A stretch of DNA of 64,000 bases. Source: Cystobasidiomycetes sp. EMM_F5 (taxonomy: Eukaryota). The DNA lies in NCBI GenBank assembly GCA_051047955.1, contig JBPGPT010000019.1, forward strand, positions 62,001-126,000, given 5' to 3'. Below, in pieces: positions 23,803 through 36,912 of this stretch. Each line of letters begins with the position of its first letter. The stretch's first letter is position 1. The position numbers and the translations under genes are program-made. Under the pieces are notes generated by a model. That model was not told where the DNA came from. It saw nothing but the letters and a program-made list of their open reading frames with translations, and did not search any database.

Positions 23803-25070
23803 GCTTGTCTGCTCGACTATGAATCTGCGCGCATCAATGACCGCGTTATCATGGTCTCCGCTAGTCACTCATGGCTGTCAGTTTGCAGTCACTTCAGCTG
23901 AACAGGTGTTGCATGCCAGTATGAGGGAAGGAGAGAGCAGCAGGGCACATCGAGTGGGAGCTCAGGCAAGTCAGAGTGGGTTTGGCAAAGAATATCGTTG
24001 AAGTCGGGTTGCGCTGTTCAACCAGAGGTGCTCCATTCTTTCGGGCTGACATTTTCATTGTTCCTGCAGGAGCAGCAATGGCTGACTGTTCCCATGCAAC
24101 TCACAACTGATGGCCATACGCACAGCATTGATTGCCTTTCCATTATGTTCAGATTTGCGCTGACGCCTGACTGCAATCATTAATCTCCGCAAAGCTGACA
24201 TTGACTCGCCATATGGCAATACTCGTCAAGAACCACAGGCGCAGTCCATAGTCGTCGCACCGGCCAACGCTCGCTTTATTGCTGTTACATGGACCTTTCG
24301 CGATCCTGGACTACAACGCCGCTCCAATCAAACTGTGGGCGTTACCTTCTCAGTCAGAACCAAAACCCTGTACGATACAGCAGCCTGACAAGTGTCGTGA
24401 CAGTGCGGCGTCCGGAGCGATACAAACTGGCGCAAAGTACAGCCACAAGAAGGTACGTGTAATGTCGTACACTTAGCGCACACGGCGACACTCGAAGCTT
24501 ATCAGGGAATGAGGTGCGAAGATTTCGGGTCTTCTACAGTAAATGACAATAGCCACTGCGGATCTTGCCTGACCCATCCTTAGCTTTGACTACTGCTTCG
24601 TCAGGGCGTGGCGTATCATCGCGTTACGCGTTCGAACACCAGACATCATTCGCGCAGCTTCACGTTGCTGGCTGCTGTCGGAGCACGGGCGGCAACGGAG
24701 CTGTGTCACAACGTCTTGTCATTATGTCTCATTCATCGTCCCAAACCAAATGCACATTTCCATCGCCACTTTTTAACATTGGCACTAAGAATGCAATCAC
24801 GGCACCGTGAAAGGTAGTGGAATACTGCAATCCCGAAATTTTGGTGCATGCAATGGGTTAAGCCCGCACGCGATTGCCCCGCCGGTCGAGGGTGAATTTG
24901 TTACACACAGCTACAACTGAACATTGTTCTTGGTCCGGCAAGCTGACCCTGCCGCCCAGGTGTATGGACCTGTTACGTAGAATCAATTTTGATTCACTAT
25001 CTTTGTGGTCCTACAGCCAGCCAGAAGTGGCTTGACTACGCCTGCAAAGGTGCTCCACCTCCGCATAGCA

Positions 25071-26560
25071 TTACTCTATAGGCGGCATGGGGAATCCGTC
25101 GTGATTGAGCATGAACGTGTTGGGGTCACTATTGCCTACTTCCTTGAACATAACGCCGACTTTTTCGTACAGGAAGAGGTAGAAGAGATCGTTGCCGAAC
25201 ATAAAGCCATTGTGAACTGTCAGACTTCGCAGCCTTGCCAGTTGTTTGCGACCATCCGTAAACAGAAAATTCAGAGTGCTAGGCGGCGTTCTATCTGTTG
25301 TGACAAACTCCAATTCTTCCAGTGTTTGAAGATGCAGGAGGTCTTGCAAATCGCCAGCGGGATCATCGTAATACAGAACCCTCAAATGCGTACACGAGCG
25401 AAGGAATCCTGCGCTTGCACCCTTCAAGCTGGGCAAGCCGAGATTTGGCATACCTTTAGCGCGTCTGGACGGCTGTGGATACATGCTTCGTCTGGGTTCC
25501 AACGCAAAACAAAGGAAATGAAGCTGGTCTGCGATGGGCAGCATGGCTTCAACCAGGCTTTCGCGATCCAGACCGTACATCCAGCTGATCCCCAGTTCCG
25601 CAGGCTATTCAAGAACAGTTAGCGAATTTCACACCGAAGAAGATCGCGGACGAACGCTTTCTGTCCGGCGAGCAGCGCCTTGAAAGTCGATCCATCGATA
25701 GCGCAGTAGTGTAAGTGGAGGGATGTAAGCTGAAACGACGGAGCGGTCGAAAGATCAATCCGACTTGTGTTGATGTATCCCTGTACAATTCGCAATCGCT
25801 GCAAAGTTACAGACGTGCCAGTCAGAGCTAGCAATGCGGTGGTCCGATCGAAGAGGAAATAGTGCTTCAATGTCGTAAAAGAGACTGCCTGTAGCTGCGT
25901 GAGCTTCTCCACAAAACTGCCTATCGTCTCGTCGAGCGGCACGTCCTCGTCGGAAGCATCAGCTGCGATCAACAGCTGGCGGAGATTAGTGCAGTAAGGC
26001 AGGAGCAACGGCAAGTTGCAAGCGTGTCCGTGAGATCCGTGCGGCATATCAACCGCCAAAACCCGCAGTGATCCTTGCAGATTGTATCTTGCGTTGAGCG
26101 TTGCGAACTGTACGACCCTAGCATCCGAGTCCAGCACCCAATATGTGTTCAGGAGCCTCAACGCAGCGAGTCGCTAGGCATGGCATACCGTCGAAGCTCT
26201 GAAAGCAGTTCCAATTTGCAGGATGGCGACAATGTCAGTCTCGACAAACGCCATGCACACAATTGAACACTCACGCAAGAAGCGCAGCCCTGCTCGCCCG
26301 GGTCAAGCGCCATCTTCTGCTCAGCGAAACATGGTCCAGCAAGTACGACTCGCGAACGCGCACTTCGAGGGCCTCCCAGTCGACCAGATGCGCGAAAACG
26401 GTGTGCAAGATCTCGGGCGTCTGCCAAAGCTGGGCGAGGCGTTCATTCAGATGCAAGCCATCCAGCAAGTCGGGCTGCGAACTGACTTTAGCGGACTCAT
26501 TTTGACTGAAGTGTGGAGACCTCGATGCCATCCCTGACTTACGAGCTCAAGGCTTGCCAT
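25071..26560 (-). CDS. F-box-like protein, tandem copy 3 (apparent 1-nt frameshift near 25598; possible pseudogene)
   Basis: WQTPEILHTVFAHLVDW; LTSLHLHYC; PNTFMLNHDGFPMP; frame breaks at the LRxLGxSW motif. Confidence 0.65.
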
Positions 26561-27470
26561 TGAAACCATCTCAACAAACGATACCGCATCTCTCCACGGG
26601 CATACTGAAGCGGATGTGAACAGAATACATGCTGCTCTTGCTCGTTGCGGTCGCTGAGTCCTCAGGTCGGCTTCAATCACTGACTGATGGGGTCTGACTC
26701 TGGCAACGGGTGTCAAACACTCATACGGACTTGTGGGATGCCTTCGTACTGCTCATATCTCGTCACTGTCGACTACCGCAGAGATGGAACTGCTGATTGG
26801 GGAGTTTTTAGTGTCAACCGCCTGCCAAATGGCTAGCGATAAGCTTCGATGCTACTACAACAGTAATTCATTGTCATTCTGATTCGAATGAAGACGTTAT
26901 GTCGTCGCCGAACTCGTTCTAATAGATTACGTATTGCCGTTGAGCGAATGGAGTGGAATGAAGCCCATCCTTTGATGAATCTGGATTGCTCCGCCATACC
27001 TGGCAACTTTCGCGCTCTATGGCACTCTCATTCTGTCCACATCTACAGCTGACTGATTACGTCACGCTAGGGCCTTCACACGACTTGCTTGTACCACTCA
27101 ACTCTAGGAAGTCTATCCTTTCCCAGGTGATTGCGCGTTTCATGCCAAAGCTTATACGCTGCTATCTCCACTAGAAGGGGGTTTTGCAGACCGCCTGAAC
27201 CAATTATACCAGCGTCACTTGTATATCGATCGTACGGATTGAGTCTGCGAAGCTCATGCGCCTGAAAGATCTGTTCTGCCATCGACGCCTCGCTGAATCC
27301 GTTGGCCTCGCCATTGACCAAAATGTCGTATTGGCCGGGCTTATCGTCGGGAAAGATGTGCGGACCGGCAGCCGCCGCTCTCTGTCGAGACGCACATGAG
27401 CGCCCTCACGAGTGCCATCTACAAGGATAGACTCTGCGGGTTGCTCTGAGGCGCGATATGAAGCCTCGCT

Positions 27471-28845
27471 CTACAGTATTGTAGGAGTTGGCATGCTGTC
27501 ATGCTCGGCCATAAAAGTCACCGGTGAATCCTGATGGACGTACTGATATTGGACGCCATAGTCTCGTTGAAGGCGCGCATAGAAGGCGTCATATCGGAAG
27601 TACAGTTCTCCGTAAACGATTAGCTTGCGTAAGGAACTGAGCTGCTTCTTGCCGTCTGCCCAGAGGAAATCAAGATACGGGGGCCTTGCATCTCCCGGAC
27701 ATACAATGTGTAGGATCTCCAGCTCTTGCAGTTGTAGAAGGTCCGCTAGGCGTCCATCGAGATCATCATAATACAATATTTTCAGGTTGCGGCACGATGA
27801 AAGTATAGATCCGCTACAGCCGCTGAGACTCCTGAACCGAAAGTGGTCCGGCTCTTGGCCGAGCTCCTCATCGATTCTGACCTCAGGATGGTAGGATGTC
27901 TCTTCTTTCATGGAAAGGCAAAGCACATCCAAATCGGATACGACAGGAAGAACAGCGTTGACGAAAGCTGCACGCTCAAGGCCGAACAGCCAGCTGAGAC
28001 CCAACTTTCGTAGCCTGTTGTCATCGTGAGCATGTTGTCATTGCTGTACGAAGCCACATACCATCTTTGGCTGCTCAACAGCCACGTGAATTCGCGCTCG
28101 TCTATCGCACAGCTGTGTAAATGTAGCGACGTGAGACGAAAGACCGGAGGATTTGTGACGTCGATGTGGCCTGTGTTGATCATCGCGTTACGGAGACTCA
28201 GACGCTGCAGGTGTGGTGCAGACTGAGTGATGGCCATCAGCAGTCGAGTGCGAACGAACAAGCTAAACTGGCTCGAGGCAACGATATCAGCATGACGCAG
28301 TTCCTTCATGGCAAGTACCAAAGGAGCACTTTCAGCGTCCATCACGTTCCCATGCAGCACGACCTGCTGCACAGCAGCGCAGTAAGCCGCAAGGGGTGTC
28401 ACATCCGAATAATGAATCCTGATGAAATCGAGAACGAGATGGCGAAACGTTCCTTGCAGATCGTATGCTTGCATGAGCTGTAACACGTCCTCGACCTCGA
28501 AGCTTGTCCGTATATGCGTTGTGGAGAATAGCATTTTGACAGCGACACTTCGCCATTGCTTGCACACCAGCGAAGCTCTGATTGCAGGAGGTGAAGATCA
28601 AAATCAGCCTGACAGTGCATCAGTCTCATAGTGCATCACGGAGTCGACACTTACGCTTTCAGCGCATCTCGACTGGCTTCAGTGATCTGCCACTGACCTA
28701 GCTTATCGCGCTCTTCCTCAAAGAGATCCTGTATGTGCTCGGGCGGCGCTTGCCAGTCGATAAGGTGCCCGAAGATGTCGTACAGAAGCTCTGGCGTCTG
28801 CCATGCTGGACATTGTCCTTGCGTCGTTGCAGACAAGACAGCCAT
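27471..28845 (-). CDS. F-box-like protein, tandem copy 4
   Basis: WQTPELLYDIFGHLIDW; ASLVCKQWRSVAVKMLF; LTSLHLHSC; LRKLGLSWL; PVTFMAEHDSMP. Confidence 0.75.
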
Positions 28846-29315
28846 GTCGTGCCTGTGCAACAACTGGACGCTGTCAGATTTCATTCAGTCACAGCTAGAC
28901 GGTGCAGGCGTGCACACCGCCCGGACTTACGAGATCTGCGCCCAGCTACGACACTTGGACTGGCAGTCTGACGGCAGTTTTCAGTCGATTTTGATGGCCA
29001 AGCGCTCGAAGAAAATCCTGCATGTCAATGTCGTTGGGATCTGGTCGGACAATACTGCGCGTTGAGCATCGTGGTACGCTGTCGGTGGTGATGATTGAGT
29101 GGGAGGCTCGCCGGGTAGAGACGGCAACTGCATGGCTTGAGCAGACAACTGACGGCTGACTCTGAGATACACGCGTCGAACTGACGTGACAGGTATTCTT
29201 GTCAAAGATCAAAAGCTGTCTGACTGAGTAGAAATTAGAGCTGTAGCGCCTTTCGTATGCGAATCAATCTCTTTCTTCTATTCTCGACAGCCATCTATAT
29301 TCTAACCGTCCCATC

Positions 29316-31589
29316 ATGGACAAAAAACTGACTTCCACTGGGACCGCTCTCACACAATTCCACGAACAAAACGTCGCAAATACAGCACGCCGTCTGCACA
29401 GCTCTCGAGCATCTCTGGACAGGCACCTGGACAAAAATCCCGGCCGTTACGATGATGTTAATGCTTCTTTAGACTACGAGCTGACAGGTCGAATCAACAA
29501 TGTCGCAGTGCATCACGATGCACACAACGAAGCAGTCGCTGGTAAAAGGATCTTCGAAGAGAATTTCATTCCCCTTCGAAAGCAGCATGAAGAAGCCTTC
29601 CCGATTCTCAGAGATAGTAAGTCTATTAGACAATCGGACACACGAATGTGCACCTACGCTTACATTCGAAAAGTCCATTATAATTAGCCTGCAGTCGAAG
29701 TCAAAGAATAATTGACGGGGATGCTGTCCGCGCTTACACAATGACTCCGGAAGGTGGATCTCGCAGTCGTGAAGAGGCATTTGGAGGCGGGCCATCAAAC
29801 ATGACTGTCCCTCAACTTAGCGAGAGGCCGAAACGTCGATATCAAGAACAACGGATGCATCTCAATCAGATCTCGGCGAGGCAGCTGAACGGCAGGGCTA
29901 AGCAGGAGGCTATCGCAGCCATCAACGCGAATTTGGGTAGGGCATCACGCAGTCGGCTGGAGGCGGACATGCTGACACACACGCTCGACAGCCGCTCTTA
30001 ATACACTATCCTCGCAGACAGCAAACGATGGGCGGAACGCTGCAGCTCATCCAGTCGATCGCAGCGTGCGTCGCAACATAACAGATACCGAAGCTCCGAT
30101 GAGATTGGTGGAAAGGACTCAAGGTCTCTTAGGCGGGCAGCGCATACTCAAGAAAATGGGCTACCTGGATGTAGACAGTTCTGATAATCTAGAAGCCTCG
30201 GAACAGCTGCTAGGATGTGCCCCAACAGTCGTCCCGGCACAATCGACGTACGTGTGGATGTATTCCAACCACTACGAAAAAGGCTGAAGCACTCCTTTGT
30301 AGATCGCACCATCCCAACGCGTGGTCTAGTACATTTGCAGGGAGGAATGGCTCGTCCAACACAATTAATATGGGTAGTTACAGCGTATCCAGGAGCAGCA
30401 GTGATGCGGCCTTTGCATTCGCCAAAGAAAAGGGAGTCAGCGACAATGTCAAAGCCCGTATCCTGAAAAGTAGTCACCCTAGTAAGCCGTGCTGCCGCAA
30501 ACAGGCGTATATCAAGCTGATGTAACGAATCCGATGGACACAGGCGCCGGATTAGGTTCTTCAGCCAACTTTTCTTCGCAAACATCGTATCCCTCTGCAT
30601 CAACCGGCAGCACTAGCTCTTCCGCCGGCGGGAATGCTTTTCCCGCACTAAATACAAAGTCGGCCGGTATGCCGAGTTCTTTTAGCACGAGCGCGCCCTA
30701 CGGGTTTCTGGGACCGTCATCATCATTATCATCATCGAGGCGCCAAGAGAAGAGCAGGGCACTGTCGCCTGATGTGATGGACGACAATGACTTCGACTTC
30801 AGCTTGCCCCCATTAAGCACAGAATTCACTTCTACGAATGGAAGATCCAGCTCATTTTTCAATTCTGGCGCATCTCCCGGATTCCAACCAGATGTTGATA
30901 GTCTCTCCCCTAGCGGTCCGAGCATGTCACACGGTACCTCGCTTGCGTCGAGTTCCCAGCGCACCGGTTCGCGGCAACCGTCTACCCGCTCATCAGGAAG
31001 CAGCTCTTTACTGTATCCGCTCAGCGGTAACGGTAGCATGGGATTCTCTCCGCTGGCCTCGCCGTTATCATCCCTTGACACGCTTCAAGTTCCCAGACGT
31101 TCGACATATTCAAACACTCAATTTTCAAGTTCGCGCGCCTCATCCAGTCGCAATAGATCTCAACAATCAACGACGCTCTCTTCGTCGAGCGACTTCCCCC
31201 TTTTCTCCGATGCACATTCAGAGCTTTCTGTTCCGCGTCCAAGAGCCAGGTCGATATCTTATCAGTCAGGCAGCAGTTACTCATCCTTGACGCCTGCGAT
31301 TGGCTCTTCGCTCTCCACAAATCTGCTGTTCGAGCCTTCGTATGCCTCAACTTCAACTTATACCAGGTCACGACTGCCTTCGTCGCCATGGCACTCCTCT
31401 ACGTACGGAGTGTTAGGGAACTCGAGTCTGTTGTCGAGCGGTTCATCACGCAGTAGGACATCGTCTATGAGCTACGAATCTTCCTACGACAGCTTTGCTG
31501 AGGGGTCGCGAGCACCAAGTCAACGCCACGTCCGTCATCGAGCTCTAAATGGGTCCCGGGGCGAAGCATTCTCGTACTCGTATGAATAA
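29316..31589 (+). CDS. Hypothetical multi-exon protein with long Ser-rich C-terminus
   Basis: ORFs at 29316, 29741, 30066, 30217 and 30489 join through canonical GT-AG introns; no family recognised. Confidence 0.6.
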
Positions 31590-31874
31590 CTATAAGCACA
31601 AGACAGAAGAGGACTCGTAAGACTAGGCCTGCAGATTAGCCGGTGGTGGAAAGCAGCTGCGAAGGCGTCATTCATAGCCTTGGGATTGAGGTTAGTTGGT
31701 ACAATGCAGACGTGATATTCTTGTAGCGTGTTGATAGTCCTTTATTGTGTAATAGAGACATGCTCCCGCAGAGTGAGCTGTGGACGACTGGATCGCTACC
31801 CAGCCCTGGCGATACTTTATCATTACAACCCACATGTGCGATGCTCTGACTGCTGATACTGCTCTGCCCGCGAC

Positions 31875-32936
31875 ATGAGAGTGCTGCACCCGCTGCTCCG
31901 GCAAGCTGCAGCTCTCGACCCGTATCAGATCCTCGCCGTCCCCAGATCTGCCAGCGCGCCCGACATCAAAGCGGCGTATCTCAAACTGGCCAAGCAGCAT
32001 CATCCAGATCTCCCGTCGAGCAGCAAGCCCTCCAAGTGCGACTTTACGGACATTGTCGCTGCGTTTGAGCTGTTGAAGGATCCAAAGAAGCGCAAGGCTT
32101 ACGATCTGTACGGCGTCGGTGCTGGCTCGGGATCATCGAGCGATGGGATCAATTATCAAAACATGCATAGGAACCCTTGGGGCAATCCAAAGAGCAGACC
32201 CTACAAGCACGCATACCAGAGAGGCCGATATCCTTCGTCCAGCTGGGACTACGGCCATTCCAAATCCACAGACTTCTACAGCCACAACACGTCAGAGAAC
32301 GGCGTCTACACATCGAACGTATCCTTCTTTTCAATCCTCGCCGGCCTGAGTCTGCTCCTCTACTCTGTACAATTCTGGAGACTCGCTCCGCCGCTGACCG
32401 ATTCATCGTCATCTTCCGCCGCGACATCGTCTGGTATACCAGGAGTCGGGCTACAGAGCTTCACAGCTATGGACCCGAGAGATGCTCCAATATACAAGAG
32501 TTCAAGTCTGATGAACCGAGATAAGCATCACGATCAGGCTAGCTCGGCTTTAGCTGCAGCAAGGCAGGACGCGCAGCGATTCGGTACTCTGCGCCGTGAC
32601 GGCATTAGGTATGCGCATGTCGCATATTGAAGCATCGGTTTCGCTGATATTTCCGTCATACTGCCTTACTATTTCAGGCGGCGAGTGCGAGAGAACTCCT
32701 TAGAAGCCATCGAATCTGGCCAGGCTCATACCGGTCACGATATCGAATCTTTCAATGATCTCATAGCCATCAACGAAGATCCGACACAGTATAAGCGTAC
32801 ACCTAGAAGCCTAGATGCTCAGCAACATCCCAGCTGGCTACAACTGCCGCGGCCAAAGGCCAAAGCGAGCAATAAAGATCAACCTCCGGACGGGGCGATT
32901 TCCGCGGAAAATCAAAGCAAGAGCGTCGGAGCATGA
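31875..32936 (+). CDS. DnaJ-domain protein with a predicted transmembrane segment
   Basis: DPYQILAV..DIKAAYLKLAKQHHPD..AFELLKDPKKRKAYD; hydrophobic FFSILAGLSLLLYSVQFW; one intron near 32610-32678. Confidence 0.85.
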
Positions 32937-33132
32937 AGTCGAGAAGCGAGGTCTCTATACGCATCGCATTGTCTCAAAATCACAATCAGTAAACAACCTG
33001 TAGCATACCGTGTGAATTAGCGTTTGCATTACTTGAGGACTTCTAATGCTACAGTGACGATTTAGCCATGCATGGCAACAACAGCTGCATGCGAGCATGC
33101 ACAAATGTAAATTCTGGACAATGTACTTAGTC

Positions 33133-36100
33133 TCACTCTGATTCTCCCTCCTCTGCACTCGTCGACAAGTCAATGACGACAGCCTCTCTTGCTTTCTTTG
33201 CTGCAGCCCGAGAGGGTCTACCATTACTAAATGCAGCCTCTGAACGGTTTGCGCTCGCTCGCACTCCCGTTCTTCGATTACTCTTACGTACGGATGCCCC
33301 GGACTCAGCTTCATCGGAAATCTCCTCATGAGCATCGTGATTTCCCCCATTTGAGCGGGTTTTCCGTGCAGCGGCTCGTTGAGGACGTCGTGATGCAACG
33401 GTGCTGGCCACTTGCTTGGGTGAATTGGATTTCACGGACTGAACTCGTGATCTACGTTGTGGAGCTGATGCCATCTGTTCACCATCAGAGTGTTCGCTTG
33501 CCGCAGAGTCGGAGTTCGATTGTTCCGGATCCGTGTCGTCTTTACTACCACCATCGTCCGGATCAGATTCCGCGCTTCCTGGTTTCCGCATCTTGCGAGA
33601 CCCGTTAAACTTTCCATTCGCACGGCGAAGTCGGACATTGCTCTGTGTTGCGTCATCATTTCCATGGTAGGACTGATCTTCGACTGGCTGTCCAAGGGAG
33701 AAAGAATCAAGCTGTATCCCTTCTCCAGAATTATCGGCGAATGAGGTGTTGCCATTGTCCAAAATGGATGGCACATTCATCTGATCTGTTATATTGACCT
33801 CGTTATACATATTCTGCGGCTCCGGCTCTGGCATGGGTGGCAATTCGAAATCTGGCGGTAATGCAAGTTGGCTTTGAGGATCTGAGACTGGAGGAAAGGC
33901 AGCACCACCGGGCACCGACGGGTGTAAGGCATCAGTATTGATGAAACCACCCTGCATGCCATTTGTCTGATCCAGCGGAGAAGCTGGAGCTGTATTGTCG
34001 GTAAGTAGCTTTTCGTCCTCGTCGAGTGCTTGAAGCTGAGAAACTGCCTCTTTCGAGTCTTCAGTACCGCTTGGACCAGCAGTAGACCCTGACTTGCTTG
34101 ATGATTTGCCCTTGTATTCTCCTTGAATACGGCTTCGAACTCGTAAGCCGATAATGAGTTTCTTCCAGCGCTTCAAGCAGCGTTCTCGCTTTTTGACGGC
34201 ATCCTTCTCCATGGCCGCGGTCTCAGCCTCCCAGTATGCCTCCAGAACCATGCCTTCGTTCTCTGCAGCCACCACGATACCGGAAACAACGGGTATTGCC
34301 CTCCTCTTGTGAAACTCGAAGCTTGTCACAGCTTCTGCAAAATCAATTCCGAGGTCTTTCGCCACCTTCCTAGCATTCTTGAACGGTATCTGCACGGCGC
34401 CTCGAGGTAACATATGTGGAGCGAAGAGGTCGAGATTCCCGTATGAATTCTTTGGTATAATCCCGTTGACGATAGGCGGGGGTATGACGAGTTCAGTCTG
34501 GCTGCACGAGTACAGACCCTGCATGATTGGCTCGTTGCCTTCTTGTTGTGCCATTTCTTGCATGCGCCGTTTGATGATTGTGACAGCGCGCTGCTTTACC
34601 ATTTTCATTGGCTGTTCGCCTTCCTTGACTGATCGACCTTCCCTCATCCAGCTTTCAGCAGACTTGACGTTTGTGACAGCCGCGCGCGGAAACACAGGTT
34701 CTCCTCTAAACAAGCCTAATTGGCGTGTTCGGGCTGGAATCACCTCTTCGCGCTTCAGATGCCGCTCGAGGACATACAAGAGATGTCCCTTGAATTCTTC
34801 AAGCTTTGCTGGCATAGGCTCGCTGTTCTGCTGCCTGGCAAGATCTTCATCCTCCTTGACTTCACGACCGAGTACAAAAGGCCTAGACCACGGTTTGAGA
34901 AGCTCGTCCCACCAATCCGGATCGTCCTTCTTGCGACTCTGTATCCGCATCTTCATTGTTCTGCCGACAAAAGAGCGAGCATAGCGTGGTGTAACGTCTT
35001 TGATGTATTGATCGACTTCGTACGCTACGACATAGAACAGCCGTCCATCGTCGAATTCGCCTTTTCGTGGCCGTATCTTGTTGCGCACAGGGTCAACTAT
35101 GATCCACTCTTGCAGTGATCGATTATATATTTCAGTCCAAAAGATGGGGATCTGAGCTGATGTGTCATCTGCAAGGAGATGCCGGACGTTCAGAGACTGA
35201 CTACTTTAAGCTACTCAACAGGTTCGCCTTACCGCCATCTACAGAACCTGCACGGCCTTGAACCATTTTCCGTTTCGCAAAGATAGACGCAACACTGTTC
35301 TTCTGGTTATTCTTGACTGGGGTAGCACCGCCTTTTGCGCTCGAAGCGTCGCCGGTATGGCCATTCGCCTGAGCGGTCCGCTTGAAGGCCTTGGAGGGCA
35401 TACTAGTCGGGATTTCGACCTCCTCGAAATCCTCTTCATCGTCATCATCGTCGTGATTCTCCTCCCCATCGTCTTCATCTAATGAACCTGCCTCGCTCGC
35501 TCTGGCCTTCCCTTTCCCTTTGACTTTCCCCTTTGCTTTGGCTTGAGTACCGTTTGCTCGTTTCCGTTTCTGACCAACTTGTATCGGCTTTGCATCGGTC
35601 GGCCCTTCTTGCTTCTTGACGGTATGAGCACTTCGGTAATCGATAACGGGCATGGCAAAGACGAGACGGGCGGGAATATCGAGGGATCTGCAGAGGCAAG
35701 TAAAGAGCTGAGCAGACACGTCTCGCGTTCCAGACATTCGGACTGCTCGTTTTGCCAAGCTCTGACTATTTCGTATGAGCTCACCCAGCTCTGCAGAAGC
35801 TGGTAATGGCAGTTTTGCCTTCTTTGTAGGCGAGGGAGCAGCTCGCTTTTTCCCTTTCGAGTCGGGGCTACTTGTAGCGTTGGGTGTTGCGAATGCTTCT
35901 GCCAGTAATCGCAGTTCCTCGTCCTCTGCAAACGGCATCATGAACCGAGTCCGGTCCTGAAGTGTCATCTCTGCTAGAATGGCGGTGAGTTCAGGGTGCT
36001 CGAGCGTCTCGAAGCCGTGAGGGGCTGCAAAGAGAGATTTAAGTATGTTGCCAGGGATAGGCTTATCCGGAGCCCCTTCTTCGATGAAGAAGTGATCCTT

Positions 36101-36604
36101 CCACCACGCTGTGAGGTGCCGTACTGCCGTCTCGAAAAGTCGGCTCCTGTCGTTTGGATTCGGATGAGTGGCTTTGCTGTATTCAAAGAAGCGGTTCTGA
36201 TGCTTCAGGGGACACTTTGACAGGAGACGTGCTTGCAGGCTGTGGTCGTTTAGCCAGCCGTTCCTGACATGACCGGCAATCAAGAGGCAAGCGGTATGGA
36301 CTTTGTGTAGTTCCAAGCGATGCGCACGAGCAAGAGCTGCGGCTACCGTAAAGCCAGCTGGACGTTTCCCGGTTCCTTTGCTCTTGCCACCTTTGGATAT
36401 GGTTGTTCTGGCCAGAGTGCTGCCTGGCTTTAGCATGACCTCGATACCATCTGCCTGCTCTGCTGCGGCCTTTGTGTCGACGGGGAGGGATGATGGCCCA
36501 GCTTGCGTATCGTTACCCTCAACGACCTCTTCCCACTCCATGCCATCGTCAGACTCGCCCGAACTCCCCTCATCGCGGCTCTTGTCGTTGTATGCAAAGT
36601 CCAT
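33133..36604 (-). CDS. RAD4: DNA damage recognition protein Rad4/XPC
   Basis: GTRDVSAQLFTCLCRSLDIPARLV; IKDVTPRYA; EFKGHLLYVLERHLKREE; IPKNSYGNLDLFAPHMLPRG; FAEAVTSFEF..AIPVVSGIVV. Confidence 0.95.
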
Positions 36605-36912
36605 TGTGGATGTGAAGGATGATTACAATGAGAGGGGGAAAAGCGGGTATGGGATGCGATTAGATGACTCCAGCTGAGAATTGGCCGGAGTTCTTGAACA
36701 ATGTCACAGCATCAGATTAATCCGGACTTTCATGAATGCAGCTTCCTCATTTGTAGCATGTTACAATGGCAGTCATGATGTAGCCATCCTTGTTGGGAGA
36801 TTCAAAGAGCAGTCAAGTCGCAGCGTCATCGTCGGATCGATTGCCGCAATCAGATATCAATCTTTACAAACGGCAACCAGGTTTCTAATACTCCAACCAC
36901 CGCCAATTTCTA

